A stretch of DNA of 64,000 nucleotides. It comes from Octopus sinensis (taxonomy: Eukaryota). The notes under the pieces are model-generated. The model was given only the letters and a program-made list of their open reading frames with translations. It had not been told where the DNA came from and did not search any database. Position numbers and translations under genes: made by a program. Location of the stretch: NCBI RefSeq assembly GCF_006345805.1, contig NC_042997.1, positions 84,816,001-84,880,000 of the forward strand, read 5' to 3'. The first letter of the stretch is position 1. Each line of letters begins with the position of its first letter. Shown here one piece after another: positions 13,162 to 27,425 of the stretch.

Positions 13162-13194
<33 letters not shown>

Positions 13195-13369
13195 CATGAA
13201 CTATCTGTTACTTTTTCAGATGGAGGACGAAATTTTTTCAGTGAAGAGTTCGCAGTTTCAAAGCGACGAAAATATTTTGACAAATTAAATTTAAATGTTG
13301 AAGTGAATCTAACGGTTTTTGTGTGTCTTTAAATGGCTTATAAACACTTTCCACGCTGCAATTGTGTGC

Positions 13370-13445
<76 letters not shown>

Positions 13446-13506
13446 TGTATGTATGTATATATATAGTTAGTTAGATAAGATAGATATACATACATACATA
13501 CATACA

Positions 13507-13540
<34 letters not shown>

Positions 13541-13576
13541 CATACATACATATAAATACATACATACATACATACA

Positions 13577-13610
<34 letters not shown>

Positions 13611-15903
13611 CATGCATACATACATACATACATACATAGACATATAGACACAGACAATTTGAGTAAGTCAAATAAGATCTCCAAACACAGTGTCAACATA
13701 TTATAATGAATTTTGGAATAAATATTTGAATAACTATCTACGCATGCAATGAAACTTTATCCGGGCAACGTTCAATGTTTTTTATGAAGTTAAAACAATT
13801 ATATCTAACTCGCTGTATAACTGCCTCTCCCGCTCTCCCTTTTTTCACCTCATCATAAATCTCTCAGTAAATAAATAAATATATATATATATACATGCGC
13901 TCGTACATACATACATACATACATACATACATACATACATACATACATACATACATACATACATACATACATTCGAACGTACGTACATACGTAAGTGTGC
14001 ATAACCTCTTAAACCTGTTTAACTAGTGGGCAGGATTCTGACATCATTTTCAGTTGATGGCAGGTGTTTAAATTTCTTTCTTCGCACCGTAGCCTAAATG
14101 CATGTAGACATATGCACAAGTATTCATATGTATATTGAATAAGTAATGTTTGTAAATGGCCCTTGTGGACTGCGAACAATTAAATTCTTTATCAAGCTGT
14201 AGGATATTCACATTAATATACATACAAAAGTGTGTATCTGTTTGTATAAGAGAAATAGTTTGTATCGCAATGGTCCGTTTATGCATGTATGTATATACGT
14301 GTACATGTATGATTGTAAGTATATATATATATACACATACTACATACATATATATACACACATACACATATATACACACATAATACATACATACATACAT
14401 AGTACTTTCATGCATACAATTTGCTAACATTGTGTGCGATTTGCTAAGGTATGACTAACTTGACGTCTTTAGTAAATTGTAAATACGTAGTGAACAATTC
14501 ATAAATGACAATAGGAAAAGAAAATAAAGTGGTTATTCAGTAAGGTGAGAGAAATATTAATGATGACAATAGATGAATGTAAATGAAATGACATGTCAAC
14601 AGAACATGAATTTGAACAGTGACGGCGTGAGAGTTTGTGACAGTTGACACTATTATATAAGCAGGAAAAGCAATAATACAAGGTCAATGCAGAATCTTAC
14701 AAAATAAATTATTCCATGAGGCTAGGCAGTACGAATGACATGAGATTAATGTAGTTTGTATTAAATTTGAACATTTGTCGTTCTACGTCCACAGACAAAT
14801 ATGTAATTGCGTAAACTAGGTATATCTGGTAGATCCACATGTTTGTAACGTACTGCAAAGGCATTACCCGTAATCGTGCATAGCGGTTTGTAAGGAGTCA
14901 TACACCGTATGTTCATATGTTTCATAAGTGTATTTGTGTAAGTTTATATTTAACATGTTCGTGTACACTCGGACGTAGGAAGAGCTTCCGCTACGGAAAT
15001 AGTATCGAAAAAAATTCTCTTCTTTGACAACATACGAGTAAAACATTGGATTTTGAATGACGCCACTAATTCGTAGGATGTACGTGCTTCTATGTTCTTT
15101 GCGTCGTCAGCTACGAAAACCAAATTTGACTTTCATAACCCGATATTAGAACACCGAGTTTTAGTGTAAAGCTTGGCCAAGATAGATCTAAATAATGTCG
15201 CACGAAGCAGTGTTGAATAAAGGGAATTTGTGTAGTTATATTTAACGCATCTGAGGACACTCGGTCGTGGGAAGAACTTTAGCTGCGAAAACAGCCTCCA
15301 GAGAAAATCCACCTCCTCAACGGCAAGTGTGAAGAGCTCATAAAACATATGATCAGTCTCAGATACAAAAAGTCTTATATTCCCCAAGATATACATTCCA
15401 TAGATTTTTGAATGTCGATGAAAGCGGCCAGAAAGTGTACGAAATACTTTTTGCCAAACGCATCATTCAGTCTGTGGGAATCAGTCTTGAAGTAGAATGA
15501 TATGTCCTCATCAATAAGCAAAAAACCAACATTCAAGGTCCATCAGCGTTCGGTAGATATAAAAGGAACAAAAGAACTTTATAGCCAGATTGTATCGTAT
15601 CTAGAGGGAAACAAGACATCTGACAGCAGAATACTGTCAAGAACTAAGTGCTTAGTCTGACTCCCAGGACAAGGATTATCCTCATGCTGTTTGTCCTGTC
15701 TTTCCAAAGTGGAGAAGATAGTTCATTGCCTCAAAGTTTAGGGAAAAGAATTCTATGAAATCAATTAGAATGTTGAAGCACAAGCATTTGAGGAGCACAT
15801 GGCTCAGGAGCAACGTATTTAACTTTCAGAGACATCATGTCTTTGACGAGACCAGAAAGAAGCGCCGAAGTTCGTTTTCTTTACTGAGATATCGTTCCGT
15901 AAA

Positions 15904-16715
15904 TTTATCGCAAGTAATTACATAAAAGTGAATATATCGCTCTTAATATTTTACGCCCTGGAATTTCATCGCAAGATAATTACTTCGTAAACCGATGTAT
16001 CTAAGGTGACTTCATTATTATGCTACACAAAACGCCGTCAGTAATTTTATTGTCATATTTATTATTCGTAGAGTAAATACATCACTAAAGTTTATTTAAG
16101 GGTTTTATTAGCAGAGTAAATGCATTTTATAAACACTAAAAAGTAAATTCAAGGACCATGAAATTAATATAATTTTTTTTTTCAATATATACACGAAAAC
16201 AAAATCAAAATTTACTTTGAAAACATAGAACCGCATGAAAAAACTGCCGTAAAATTATATTTTTCTTAAATTACAATAAAGAAGAAAGATCATAATTAAT
16301 AAGACAAATTATGAGTAATGTTTCTTCAATAATTCAGTTTTCAGTGAATTTGATACTCATTGCCGATACGCTGAATTCTTGCTAAGCTATCTTATAAATT
16401 ACTTTTTGTGATGTGAAATTTCTGAAGCGGTGATATACTGTTCAGCTGTTACTTCGTTTCTCGTTTCTTCTCCATGATTTCTCAAAAAATTTAAAACCAT
16501 AGGATGAAATTTTTGTACTTGATTTTTTTCTTCTATTTTTCATTTTTAATGAAATGTCATGCAAATAAAACTTGCAAATGCTTTGTGAATAAAACTGCTC
16601 TACGAATAAAAACTTTGAATAATGTTTAACGATTTATTTACTCTGCTGATAAAAAGTATGATCATGTAAATACTTTACGATGAAATTACCAGTCAATATG
16701 ATTACTCGCGATAAA
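15904..16715. mobile_element. Element with long imperfect terminal inverted repeats
   Basis: Nested inverted matches: 15904-15923 vs 16698-16715, 15962-15975 vs 16673-16687, 16103-16121 vs 16636-16654. Confidence 0.5.
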
Positions 16716-16861
16716 GTTGCAGTAAACTTCCGAGAGTCCGAGATTACTATTATGGGTGGAATGGTGCTCATTCAACTGATGGAAAAGAAACAATAAGCTC
16801 TTGATCATGTGCGCGCGCGCACAAACATGTGCATATGTATATGAATTATTTTTAAAGTAGG

Positions 16862-16957
16862 ATGTTGTTGTTAGTGACTTCGAAGTTTCGGCCAGCTAAA
16901 CCATCGTTGGACGATGGCTTAGCAGGCCGAAACTTCGAAGTCACTGTTAACAACATT
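16862..16957. repeat. Near-perfect hairpin built from two head-to-head HHR 3' halves
   Basis: agtgacttcgaagtttcggcc (16873-16893) is the exact reverse complement of 16925-16945; each arm reads GCC-GAAA-CUUCGAAG-UC. Confidence 0.8.
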
Positions 16958-17044
16958 CTTGTACAAGAATTGTAAGAACCGTTTTACTGAATTAACTTGA
17001 GGTTACCGCGATCAGGTACAGAAACAACACAAACCAAAACTTGA

Positions 17045-17190
17045 CTGTGAAGCTTGCTTCTAAACCACATGTTTCCGGATTCATGTCCACAGCTTGGCAC
17101 CTTGGGGAAGTATCTTCTGCTTTAGCCCCTGTTCGACCAAAGCCTTGTGAGTGGATTTGGTACGCCAAAACTGTGGAAGCCCGTCATATA
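17045..17190 (+). mobile_element. SINE family A 5' half
   Basis: ggcaccttggggaagtatcttc...gaccaaagccttgtgagtggatttggt, running into (TACA)n. Confidence 0.75.
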
Positions 17191-17293
17191 CATACATACA
17201 TACATACATACATACATACATACATACATACATACATACAATACATACATACATACATACATACATACATACATACATACATACATACATACA

Positions 17294-17327
<34 letters not shown>

Positions 17328-17399
17328 CATGCATGCAACAATACATACATACATACATACATACATACATACATACATACATACATACATACATACATA

Positions 17400-17900
17400 C
17401 TTATATATGGTGGTTGTCTATTCCTTATGCAGAGTTTGACCACTTCCCCTACACACACCTTAGAACCATTATGGCATCTTATGTGGCCTTTTAAACCAAA
17501 CGATGTTTTGAAAAGACATCTATATAGATTGCATATCCGATTTGAACCACGAAGAGCTGCAGTTAAGTTCTGGTCTTTGTGGATCTTAAAACGTCTTTTG
17601 AGGCCACCGTTAGATTTGCAGACCTTATGGCATACATTGCATTGAAAGGTGTGCGCAGAAATATAGGCAGAATAGTTGGTAGAGGTTCGTTTTCCATAGG
17701 TCACCAAATGAGATTTGAGCCCAGCAAATGAAAGGCATGGTTTGTCATAAACTGTGGACACGAAAAGGTCATTGTGATTCACCTTCTTGATCGTAACATT
17801 CTTCTTTACATCTCTATTGAGTCTTGCATGCGTTATCCTGACCTCTTCAAACGCTTTCACTCCACTCTGCATTTTTGGTCAGAAAGGCGACGAAGAAACA
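17400..17900 (-). mobile_element. RTE/BovB-like LINE 3' end with three C2H2-like fingers
   Basis: ORF 17081-17872: GVKAFEEVRI..., then FVSTVYDKPCLSFAGLKSH, FQCNVCHKVCKSNGGLKRRFKIH, RICNLYRCLFKTSFGLKGHIRCH; ends in a (TATG)n tail. Confidence 0.65.
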
Positions 17901-17939
17901 TACGAAAAGTATGAAAAACACACAAAAGACATGATCACT

Positions 17940-18035
<96 letters not shown>

Positions 18036-18276
18036 ATACATATATATATATTTTATATATATTTTCATTGATAATTTATATATATTAGTTTTTTCAAATA
18101 TCTATATAAGTAGATATAGACTAAAATGGATATTAGCATATGGATTTTCTACCTTATAAATTAAAGTTAATATTTAACATTATTTCGATAATCATATTTA
18201 ATAATAGAGTTTATTTAGATTATATAGATATTTATATCGTAAAAATATTGATTATATTTTATATTTTAGGTTTAGA

Positions 18277-18328
18277 AACCACCTGAAGAATGTCTAAGAT
18301 GTGCTGACACGAAACGATCGTAGTGGTT
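18277..18328 (+). ncRNA. Type I hammerhead ribozyme
   Basis: AACCAC-CUGAAGA-A-UGUC(11 nt)GACA-C-GAAA-CGAUCG-UA-GUGGUU: perfect 6-bp helix I, 4-bp helix II, palindromic helix III, GUA cleavage triplet. Confidence 0.9.
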
Positions 18329-18428
18329 ATTCATTTGTTAAATTTTAATTATATAAATTTTTTATGTATTGGCTTAAGTCTTTCTTTGTTTGATTTGCAT
18401 AATAGTGGTTTTGTCTCTAATTATTATA

Positions 18429-18499
<71 letters not shown>

Positions 18500-18837
18500 A
18501 ACATGGGTTCAAAATAGTAGCATCATTGATAGAAACAAGAGTCAAAAACGACTGAATCAGTCACAAAAAGCACTAATCTTAATAAGTTGAGGAAAGTACG
18601 AGAAAGCTACGTACCGCAATGAGACAAGCTCTCTAGTGAAAAAGCAGATATCTGCTTCTTGAGATGTGAGACTGTCTAACTGTAGTACGAAGCTTTCTCG
18701 CTTTCTCTCTTTCGTCAATTTAAGATAAGTACTTTATGTGGCTAACTGAATCATTTTTTACTCTTGTTTCTAGCAATGCTTGCACTATTTTGTACCCATA
18801 TATATATGGATATAGATATAGATGTATATATATCTTT

Positions 18838-19061
18838 CTTTTTTTTATCTTTTACTTGTTTCAGTCATTTGACTGTGGCCATGTTGGAGCACCGACTTTA
18901 GTCGAGCAAATCGACCCCAGGACTTATTCTTCGTAAGCCTAGTACTTATTCTATCGGTTTCTTTTGCCGAACCGCTAAGTTACGGAGACGTAAACACACC
19001 AGCATCGGTTGTCAAGTGATGTTGGGGGGACAAACACAGACACACAAACATACATACACAC

Positions 19062-19099
<38 letters not shown>

Positions 19100-19263
19100 T
19101 ACGACGGGCTTCTTTCAGTTTCCGTCTACCAAATCCACTCACAAGGCTTTGGTCGGCCCGAGGCTATAGCAGAAGACAGTTGCCCAAGGTGCCACGCAGT
19201 GGGACTGAACCCGGAACCATGTGGTTGGTAAGCAAGCTACTTACCACACAGCCACTCCTACGC
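18838..19263 (-). mobile_element. SINE family A, near full-length and best-preserved copy
   Basis: Reverse complement starts gcgtaggagtggctgtgtggtaagtagc...ggttccgggttcagtccc and ends ...atgactgaaacaagtaaaagataaa. Confidence 0.85.
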
Positions 19264-19270
19264 AATATAT

Positions 19271-19342
<72 letters not shown>

Positions 19343-19689
19343 ATATATGAGTGCATGTGTTCGTGTGCATGTGTATGTATGTATGTGTGCATGTTTGTGT
19401 ACCTATCTATATATGAATGTGTGTGCGTGTGTTTGTGTTTGCCCCACTGCTTGGCAACCTGTGTTGGTTTGTTTCGTCCCTAGCGGTTGAGAATAACTGA
19501 CTGAAAAGAAAATGAGTACTGGAGTGGATTCGCTCGGTTAAGATCCTTGAAGGCTGCCCCAGCATGGCTGCAGTCCAATGACAGAAACGAGTAAAAGTTA
19601 AAAGGTTAAAAGGAAAGCGAAAGTAAGTCAGAATTTCTCAGTTATAAGCACGAGTCGTTTTTGATGGAAGGGTAATTGATAATGAGTTT

Positions 19690-19970
19690 GGCTACGAGTT
19701 AGACCGTCATAAAAGAGATTTTTTCGGATATCCTGGGGACGAAGAGTTTTGGCATAAAAAATGAAATCAAATACGATTTGAATATTGCACCAGGACGATG
19801 CATCTGCTAATGTGACGTTTGTGATTAATCACGAATTGATACTTGTATTGCCGGGCAGCTAACACTTTACGTGTGGCCTCGACAAATCTACTTCGTTCCT
19901 TGAAATACACGAAGAAAAGATACCGATTTCAGATTTTTGGATGATAAAAGAAAGAACACTGAAAAAATTT
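19690..19970 (+). mobile_element. Tc1/mariner transposase remnant
   Basis: ILHQDDASAN (about 19783) resembles the LHQDNAPAH motif containing the second catalytic Asp; the rest is heavily decayed. Confidence 0.4.
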
Positions 19971-20514
19971 CCTATGAGAAGTGTACATAATTGAAAACGC
20001 GTTCCAGAACGTTCAAAGCAGTAAAAATAAAATACAAACGAAAAAAGAAAAATCAAACAAAGAAATAAAGAGAAGATATGTATTATTTGAAGGAGACAAG
20101 CGTTGTGATAATGTAAACAAGAGAACAAATATATTATTTCAAAAGATCTATTTCTTTTTGGCAGATCACTCTCATATGTATGCATGTATGTATATATGTA
20201 TGTATGCTTGTATGTATGTAAACACATACATACGTACATACATACGTACATACATACGTACATACATACATATGTGCATACATACATACATACATACATA
20301 CGTACATACATACATACTTACATACATACATAGTGCTAAAATGAGTAACACAACTGGATGTCGGGCCTAAATATTATTACTTCCTGTTATTCGTACGTAG
20401 TGGAATACAATCTTTATTTTAAGTTCTATTCTTTTTCGCCAAGTAAATTTTTTCAAATAATTTCTATCATTCAGTTCATTGCCATCATAACGATCATGAT
20501 TAATTTATTTATTA

Positions 20515-20574
<60 letters not shown>

Positions 20575-20586
20575 TTCATTATCAAA

Positions 20587-20938
20587 ATCAAAATTAAAAG
20601 AAGAGTGCCAATATTATCTAGTGAACTATATTTCGACATCATGTGAGTTTTCAACTGGTTTAAAAAATAATTTTGTCAATCTACTTCATTTTGGTTAATA
20701 TAGAAAGGCACGCTTCTTTTAATTTTGACAGATAACAATGGGCACTCTTCTTTTAATTTTCACAAGATAACAATGACACTCTTTTAATTTTGACTAGATA
20801 ACAATGGCACTCTTCTTTTAATTTTGACTAACCAAAACGAAGTAGATTGACAAAATTATTTTTGAACCAATTGAAGACGCACAAGCTGTCGAAATATTGT
20901 TCACTAGATAACAATGGCACTCTTCTTTTAATTTTGAC
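20587..20938. repeat. Inverted repeat of about 110 bp enclosing three tandem units of about 34 bp
   Basis: 20587-20697 is the reverse complement of 20829-20938; the unit agataacaatggcactcttcttttaattttgac is repeated in 20701-20829. Confidence 0.85.
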
Positions 20939-21004
20939 TCTATATCTTCAGGAGGAGTTACCTCAATCCTTTCTATATTATTATTATTATTATCATTATT
21001 ATTA

Positions 21005-21122
<118 letters not shown>

Positions 21123-21189
21123 GTTGTTGTTGTTGTTGTTGTTATTATTACTATTATTAGTAGTAATTATTAGTAATAATAATAGCTCC

Positions 21190-22592
21190 AATCTTATTCC
21201 ATCCTTTTAATTTCGACTTAAGGATCAGTCTTGGTCTACGTAAATTTTTCTGTCATTTCTTTCTCCATAAATTTATCCATTTCCAGTATCCTCAAGTACA
21301 TATAGCCGTCTCTTCTGTCTGCTTCATAACCTCCCTCGATGGTATCGTTAGTCCGTCCATACATTTGATTTTGCCTCTCTTCAAGACTAACACACCACAG
21401 TTTTTCAGTCCGAACTTCATTCTGATATCAGCACTGAAGGTATACACCGTCTCAAGGAAGGAGATGACTTGGGCTTCATCTTTACCATAAAGTTTGAGGT
21501 CATACATGAATAACAAGTGGTTGACTTTTTGTAGGTGGCTCTTGAATACACACCCAGCTTTTCAGTGTTAATGGTATCATGCTCAGTACAAAGATCAGTT
21601 GGGACAGACAGCCCCCTTGGGTGATGCCTCTCCTTATTTCTGCTGTCCCTAAACTTCTTCCATATGCTGTCAGTTCTGTCCTCCCCTTTGCCATACTTTT
21701 TCCAAGCAATCGCTCAACATTCGATGCAATACCAAATAGGCTCATACATTCCATAATCCAAGAATGTGGGATCATATCGTACGCTTTACGTTAATCGATC
21801 CATGACATGGCTAAGTTACAGTCTCTGAGTATAGTTTTGTCCACCAGTAGTTGATACTTGGTACCTCTGCACTTACGCTTGTAACCCTTCTGTTCGTGTT
21901 GCAGGACTCCATTTTATCCTAGATGTCTGTATATTGATTCTGCGACTATTCCAATCAATAATTTCCACATAAGTGGCAAGCAGGATATTGCCTTTTTTGA
22001 TGTTTTACTAGCACAGCACTGTCCTACCCATTGTTAACCACTTGGTCGGCATTTAACAAGGTACTGAGTTGTGCAGCTATTCGTGCATGACATTCACCAA
22101 ATCTTTTGATCCGGTAGCCTGGTCTCGGGACCTTCCAGCTGTCCATTTTTTTGCTGATCTCCTTCACTTCCCTCATTGAAATGACTAGTTCTGCATGTTT
22201 TGGACAGACTAATGTTTGTTTCAGTTCTTGCAAGCATTCAGTGTCGTTTCTTGTGTTCCTTGTCTTTACTCCAGATGTTATTCTAAAACCTTTGACTTTC
22301 AATGTTATTTGGTAAAATTTTTTCATCTGTACACTTTCCATATATTTCTTTGAAGAATCTCTTCTGATCTACTCTGAATAACCCATTCTGCTGGTATCTC
22401 TTCATTCTTTGGTCGTATCTTACCATCTTTGCTTTCTTTGCAATGAGGCGCTATTTTCAGTTCCTCCATTACTACTTTTAAGCCCTTTCTTTCTATATCA
22501 TACTTCCTGTTCAGTGTCCTGTATTTTTGTTCGCTTTTAAGCTCACCCTTCTCTTTTCGGTCTAACGCAATAATGTCATTCGAGAGCATATC

Positions 22593-22593
<1 letters not shown>
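21190..22593 (-). mobile_element. R4/Dong-clade LINE internal fragment (RT), decayed, between (TAA)n tracts
   Basis: ORF pieces LFMYDLKLYGK...IRMKFGLKNC, DMIPHSWIMEC...RRGITQGGCLSQL, YRTLNRKYDI...EELK are homologous to 57642-59045. Confidence 0.85.
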
Positions 22594-22640
<47 letters not shown>

Positions 22641-22661
22641 TAGTCCCATCTGTTATTACAT

Positions 22662-22703
22662 ACTTTCACTGCTATACCGAGCGTAGTTCTGTGGGCCTGT
22701 GTA
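22662..22703 (-). mobile_element. Dong-like 3' UTR stub
   Basis: actttcactgctataccgagcgtagttctgtgggcct resembles gctttcacttcactaccgagcgcagctctgtgtgcct at about 56369-56405. Confidence 0.5.
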
Positions 22704-23334
22704 CGAGCTGTTGCTTGTTTTGTTATTTTCAATGTATTGAAAGTGCTTTATATAAGTTTTGTGTAGTACCTATCAGCGCTATTTTCTTATTATTATTATA
22801 CATATCTGACAGAGAAGTTAAGTTTAATGTCAGCTCTCGGGATTTTGTGAGAGAAATCGACTGTTTCACGCTGAATGGATCTGTAATTTCATTTATTCAT
22901 TTATCTATTTATTTGTTTAATCGAAAAAGCGAAGCAATCCCCTGTCTGTTGGTGAATTTTGCTTACAAGATTCCTTCAGCCAAGAAGAATTTATTGGTGT
23001 ATTAAGCTGTTCAGAAAAAATTGATTTTCTTTTAGAAAAATTTAAAACGAATGATGTACGAACACGGTCCATAATTCTGCCCGAGCAAGATCGACACAGT
23101 ATGAGAAAAGGAAAGACGAAAACTGGTGTAATAAGAGAGAGAGGGGGAGAGGAGGAGAGAGAAGAAGAGAGAGTGAGAGAGACAGACCGACAGATGGACG
23201 GATAGATTTGACGGCATTTTTAGTTCGAAGTGGAAACGAGTGACGTTACTGCTATGAGTTTCAAAATAGGCTTTCGAATTGTTCACTCATACTCTCATTG
23301 TAAACTCTAATCCGAAATTAAAACCATTTCTTTC

Positions 23335-24570
23335 GATTACACTTGGAAAATATCCAGACAAGTCAGCATAGTTTTTGGTTTAGGTATACAGCTAGCAATT
23401 TCGAGATAAATCGGGTACTTGAAGAAAGTCGAATACATTATTTTATCGACTCCGTACGAATGAAGGCAAAGTTGACATCGGTGGGATTTGAAACTAGAAC
23501 GTAAAGAGCTGAAAGAAATGTTACAAGGCATATTTTGCGACGCACTAACGATTCACAGAATCTTACTGATTTCCAGCCAATTTGACAATCCACAGCTAAC
23601 TTGCCAATCCGAAGCCAACTTGTGAAGCCACAGCCAACTTGCCAATCCACCATCAACTTGCTAGTCTATCACCAAATTACCAAACTACCACCAACTTACT
23701 AGAGAACGATAATGCTTTCCAGTATAGGTTCAAGACTTCATTTGATTTTGTTTAGGGTATAGTTCATACATTGCCCCTATAGAGGAATCGTACCTCATTT
23801 TATCGATTCGAGGAGGTTGAAAAAGTCTACACAGGCTGGATTTGATCCTTGAATATAAACTGAATAATCACTTCTAATATAAGTACAAAGTCTGAAATTT
23901 TGTGGGTAGGGATAGTCTATTACATTGCTCCTAGTGCTCAACTGGTACTATTCCGAAAAGACGAAATGGAAGCTGGCCACTATGGAGTTTAAACTCAGGA
24001 AGAAGCCGGAAAATATGCTGCACTGCATTTTTTCCAACTCATTGGCGATTCTACTAGCTTACCGCCTTAACCTAAGTAATTAATACTGATTTCAAATTTT
24101 GGCACAATGCCAGCAATTTCGAGGGACGGGTATGTTGATTACAGCAACTCCAGTATTTAGATATTATTTATTTTGTCGATCCTAAAACGATGGAAGCCAA
24201 AGTCGACCTCAGCGGAATTTGAACTCAGAACATAAATCTGACGAAATGCTGCTAATCATTTTGCCTGCAGTGCTAACTGCTAACGTATCTGTCAGCTCGC
24301 TACCTTAAGCCTAAGTAATTTATAGTACAATATAATTTATTTAGCGCCCTATGGAAACCGATACTACAATTATGTAAAAAATAATTTCTAATTTATGTAG
24401 AAGGTCAAAGATTTTTGAAGAGAGAGTATCAGTTGATTACATCGATCTTAGGACATAACTTTTATTTATTTTATCGATTTCGGAATTGGAAAGTTAACTT
24501 CGATAGGATCTGAAATCAGAATGCAAAGATCCAGAATGAATGCCACAAAACATTTTTTCCCCAACGTTCT
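23335..24570 (-). mobile_element. Cluster of about five degenerate SINE family B copies
   Basis: Repeated 'attacatcga...ttattttatcga...aaagt.gac.tc...atttgaactcagaac' units; the best copy is at 24085-24308. Confidence 0.65.
23570..23700. repeat. Short degenerate minisatellite (about 19-bp unit cagccaacttgccaatcca)
   Basis: Visible tandem ccaacttg-containing units. Confidence 0.65.
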
Positions 24571-24949
24571 AACAATTCTACTAACAACAACAACTACAGC
24601 AACAATAGAATTGCGTGAAATATTCTTGCCAACGAAACGAAGAAACATAAACTAAATGGAATGGAAATTTTCATTTTGTTAACGAGATAACTATATTTTT
24701 GGAAGCATGAGGCATGTATATTAAAAAATAATAAATAATTCGCATAACCAAATAAATGATTAAAACAAAAACATATATCATTATATGAGCAAATAAAATT
24801 TTAAACTAATTGTGTGATATATTGTAAAAAAGAAACAAAATGTAGTTTCGGGATACGGGTAACTCGCTTTAATAAAATTGTTTGTATAACAGCAGTAAAA
24901 GGAGACTTCTAAAATAAACAAATAAACCCAGTTATATAGGAACATTAAA

Positions 24950-26030
<1,081 letters not shown>

Positions 26031-27231
26031 CTGCCTTATTGCACAAAATGTGATGATCATTTTTCTTTCTGTTCTTTCTTTTCTTTTTTTTATATCTTTT
26101 TTTTTATTTTCAATTTTTTCTTTGACTTGTCTCTATTATAAAAATTTCTTAGAATTTCGACATAAAATCAGAACCGAATCACGCTATTCATTTTTCTAAG
26201 TCCATGTACTGTACTTTCCCAAAAAATAATAATTTTTTTACCGCTTTCATTGATATTCATTCATTTGTTCATTCTTCTTCAGTTATATACATATAAATAT
26301 GTGTGTGCGTGTGTGTGTGTGTATACATATACGCATACACATATATATATACATATACATATAACCATATATAAAAATATATATCATACATATGTATAAA
26401 GTATACATATATAAACATGTGTGTGTGTGCAGTTTGTATAAGTGTCTATGTTCGTATGTATATTCACTAAAAAACTGGAGTTGATTTCTTGAAGTATAGC
26501 GTTTTTTTTTTTACATCTTAGATTATTACATAAGAGTTGCCATCTTGGAAATATTTTTTATAAGTTGTAGTTTTAGTTTCTTCATGTGTTTTAATTATAA
26601 GTTTTACCGAAATCTTTTTTTTAAAACGGGTTGGTGGTTGTTAAACATATCTAAATAATTTAATTTACTAGATTTTATATTATTCTTCAGAAGTCGTTGA
26701 ATTTTTTTCTTGTTTTATAATAAAATTTTGCGCTATTACCTTTTTATGGCAAATGAAATGCTATGCCAATACTGTTGCGTACTTCTTTCAATAATATTTA
26801 TTTTTCTAATTTTAAGCTTTTAATGAACTTTGAATAATATAATTTTTAGAATAAAACAAACTATTGGAGTTGATCTTTACTAAATAACTTTGAAATGTTA
26901 CCATGGTGATAGAAAGAGATGTAGAGATTTACATTGAAATCGCTGAAAAAATGTTCAAGGAAACGTTAGCATTTTATATCTGTAAGGAAAAATACACCTC
27001 AAGTATATGATTTAAGTAGCTTTCAGTTTTGATGGAACTGGTTGAATGGGTATAAATTATCTCGTTCATAACAACGAAGAGATTTTCTTTATATTCAAAC
27101 GTATTCTTGGTATCAAATTGAATAGATTTGAGAGTGAATTTAGGGCTAGAAATAAATTGTTTTCTTTATATCGTAATGGGATGTGGTATTCTCAGAGTAA
27201 TTGGCTTAAATACACACACACACACATGTAC

Positions 27232-27273
<42 letters not shown>

Positions 27274-27425
27274 TATGTGAAATAGAAAGATGAATAATCT
27301 TGTAGTAGATTAATCAAAAGTTTAACCGATACCTTAGTAGCAAAAATCACAGCAGTAAACAGCACGGTTGGAGGTACAACCATCTGGCGTTGCAACCGTG
27401 CGTTGGTGCGGATAATTGAAATTAA

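Noticed and set aside
20701-20829. Tandem 34-bp repeats as a possible CRISPR array
   Set aside because: No unique spacers, eukaryotic context and no cas genes
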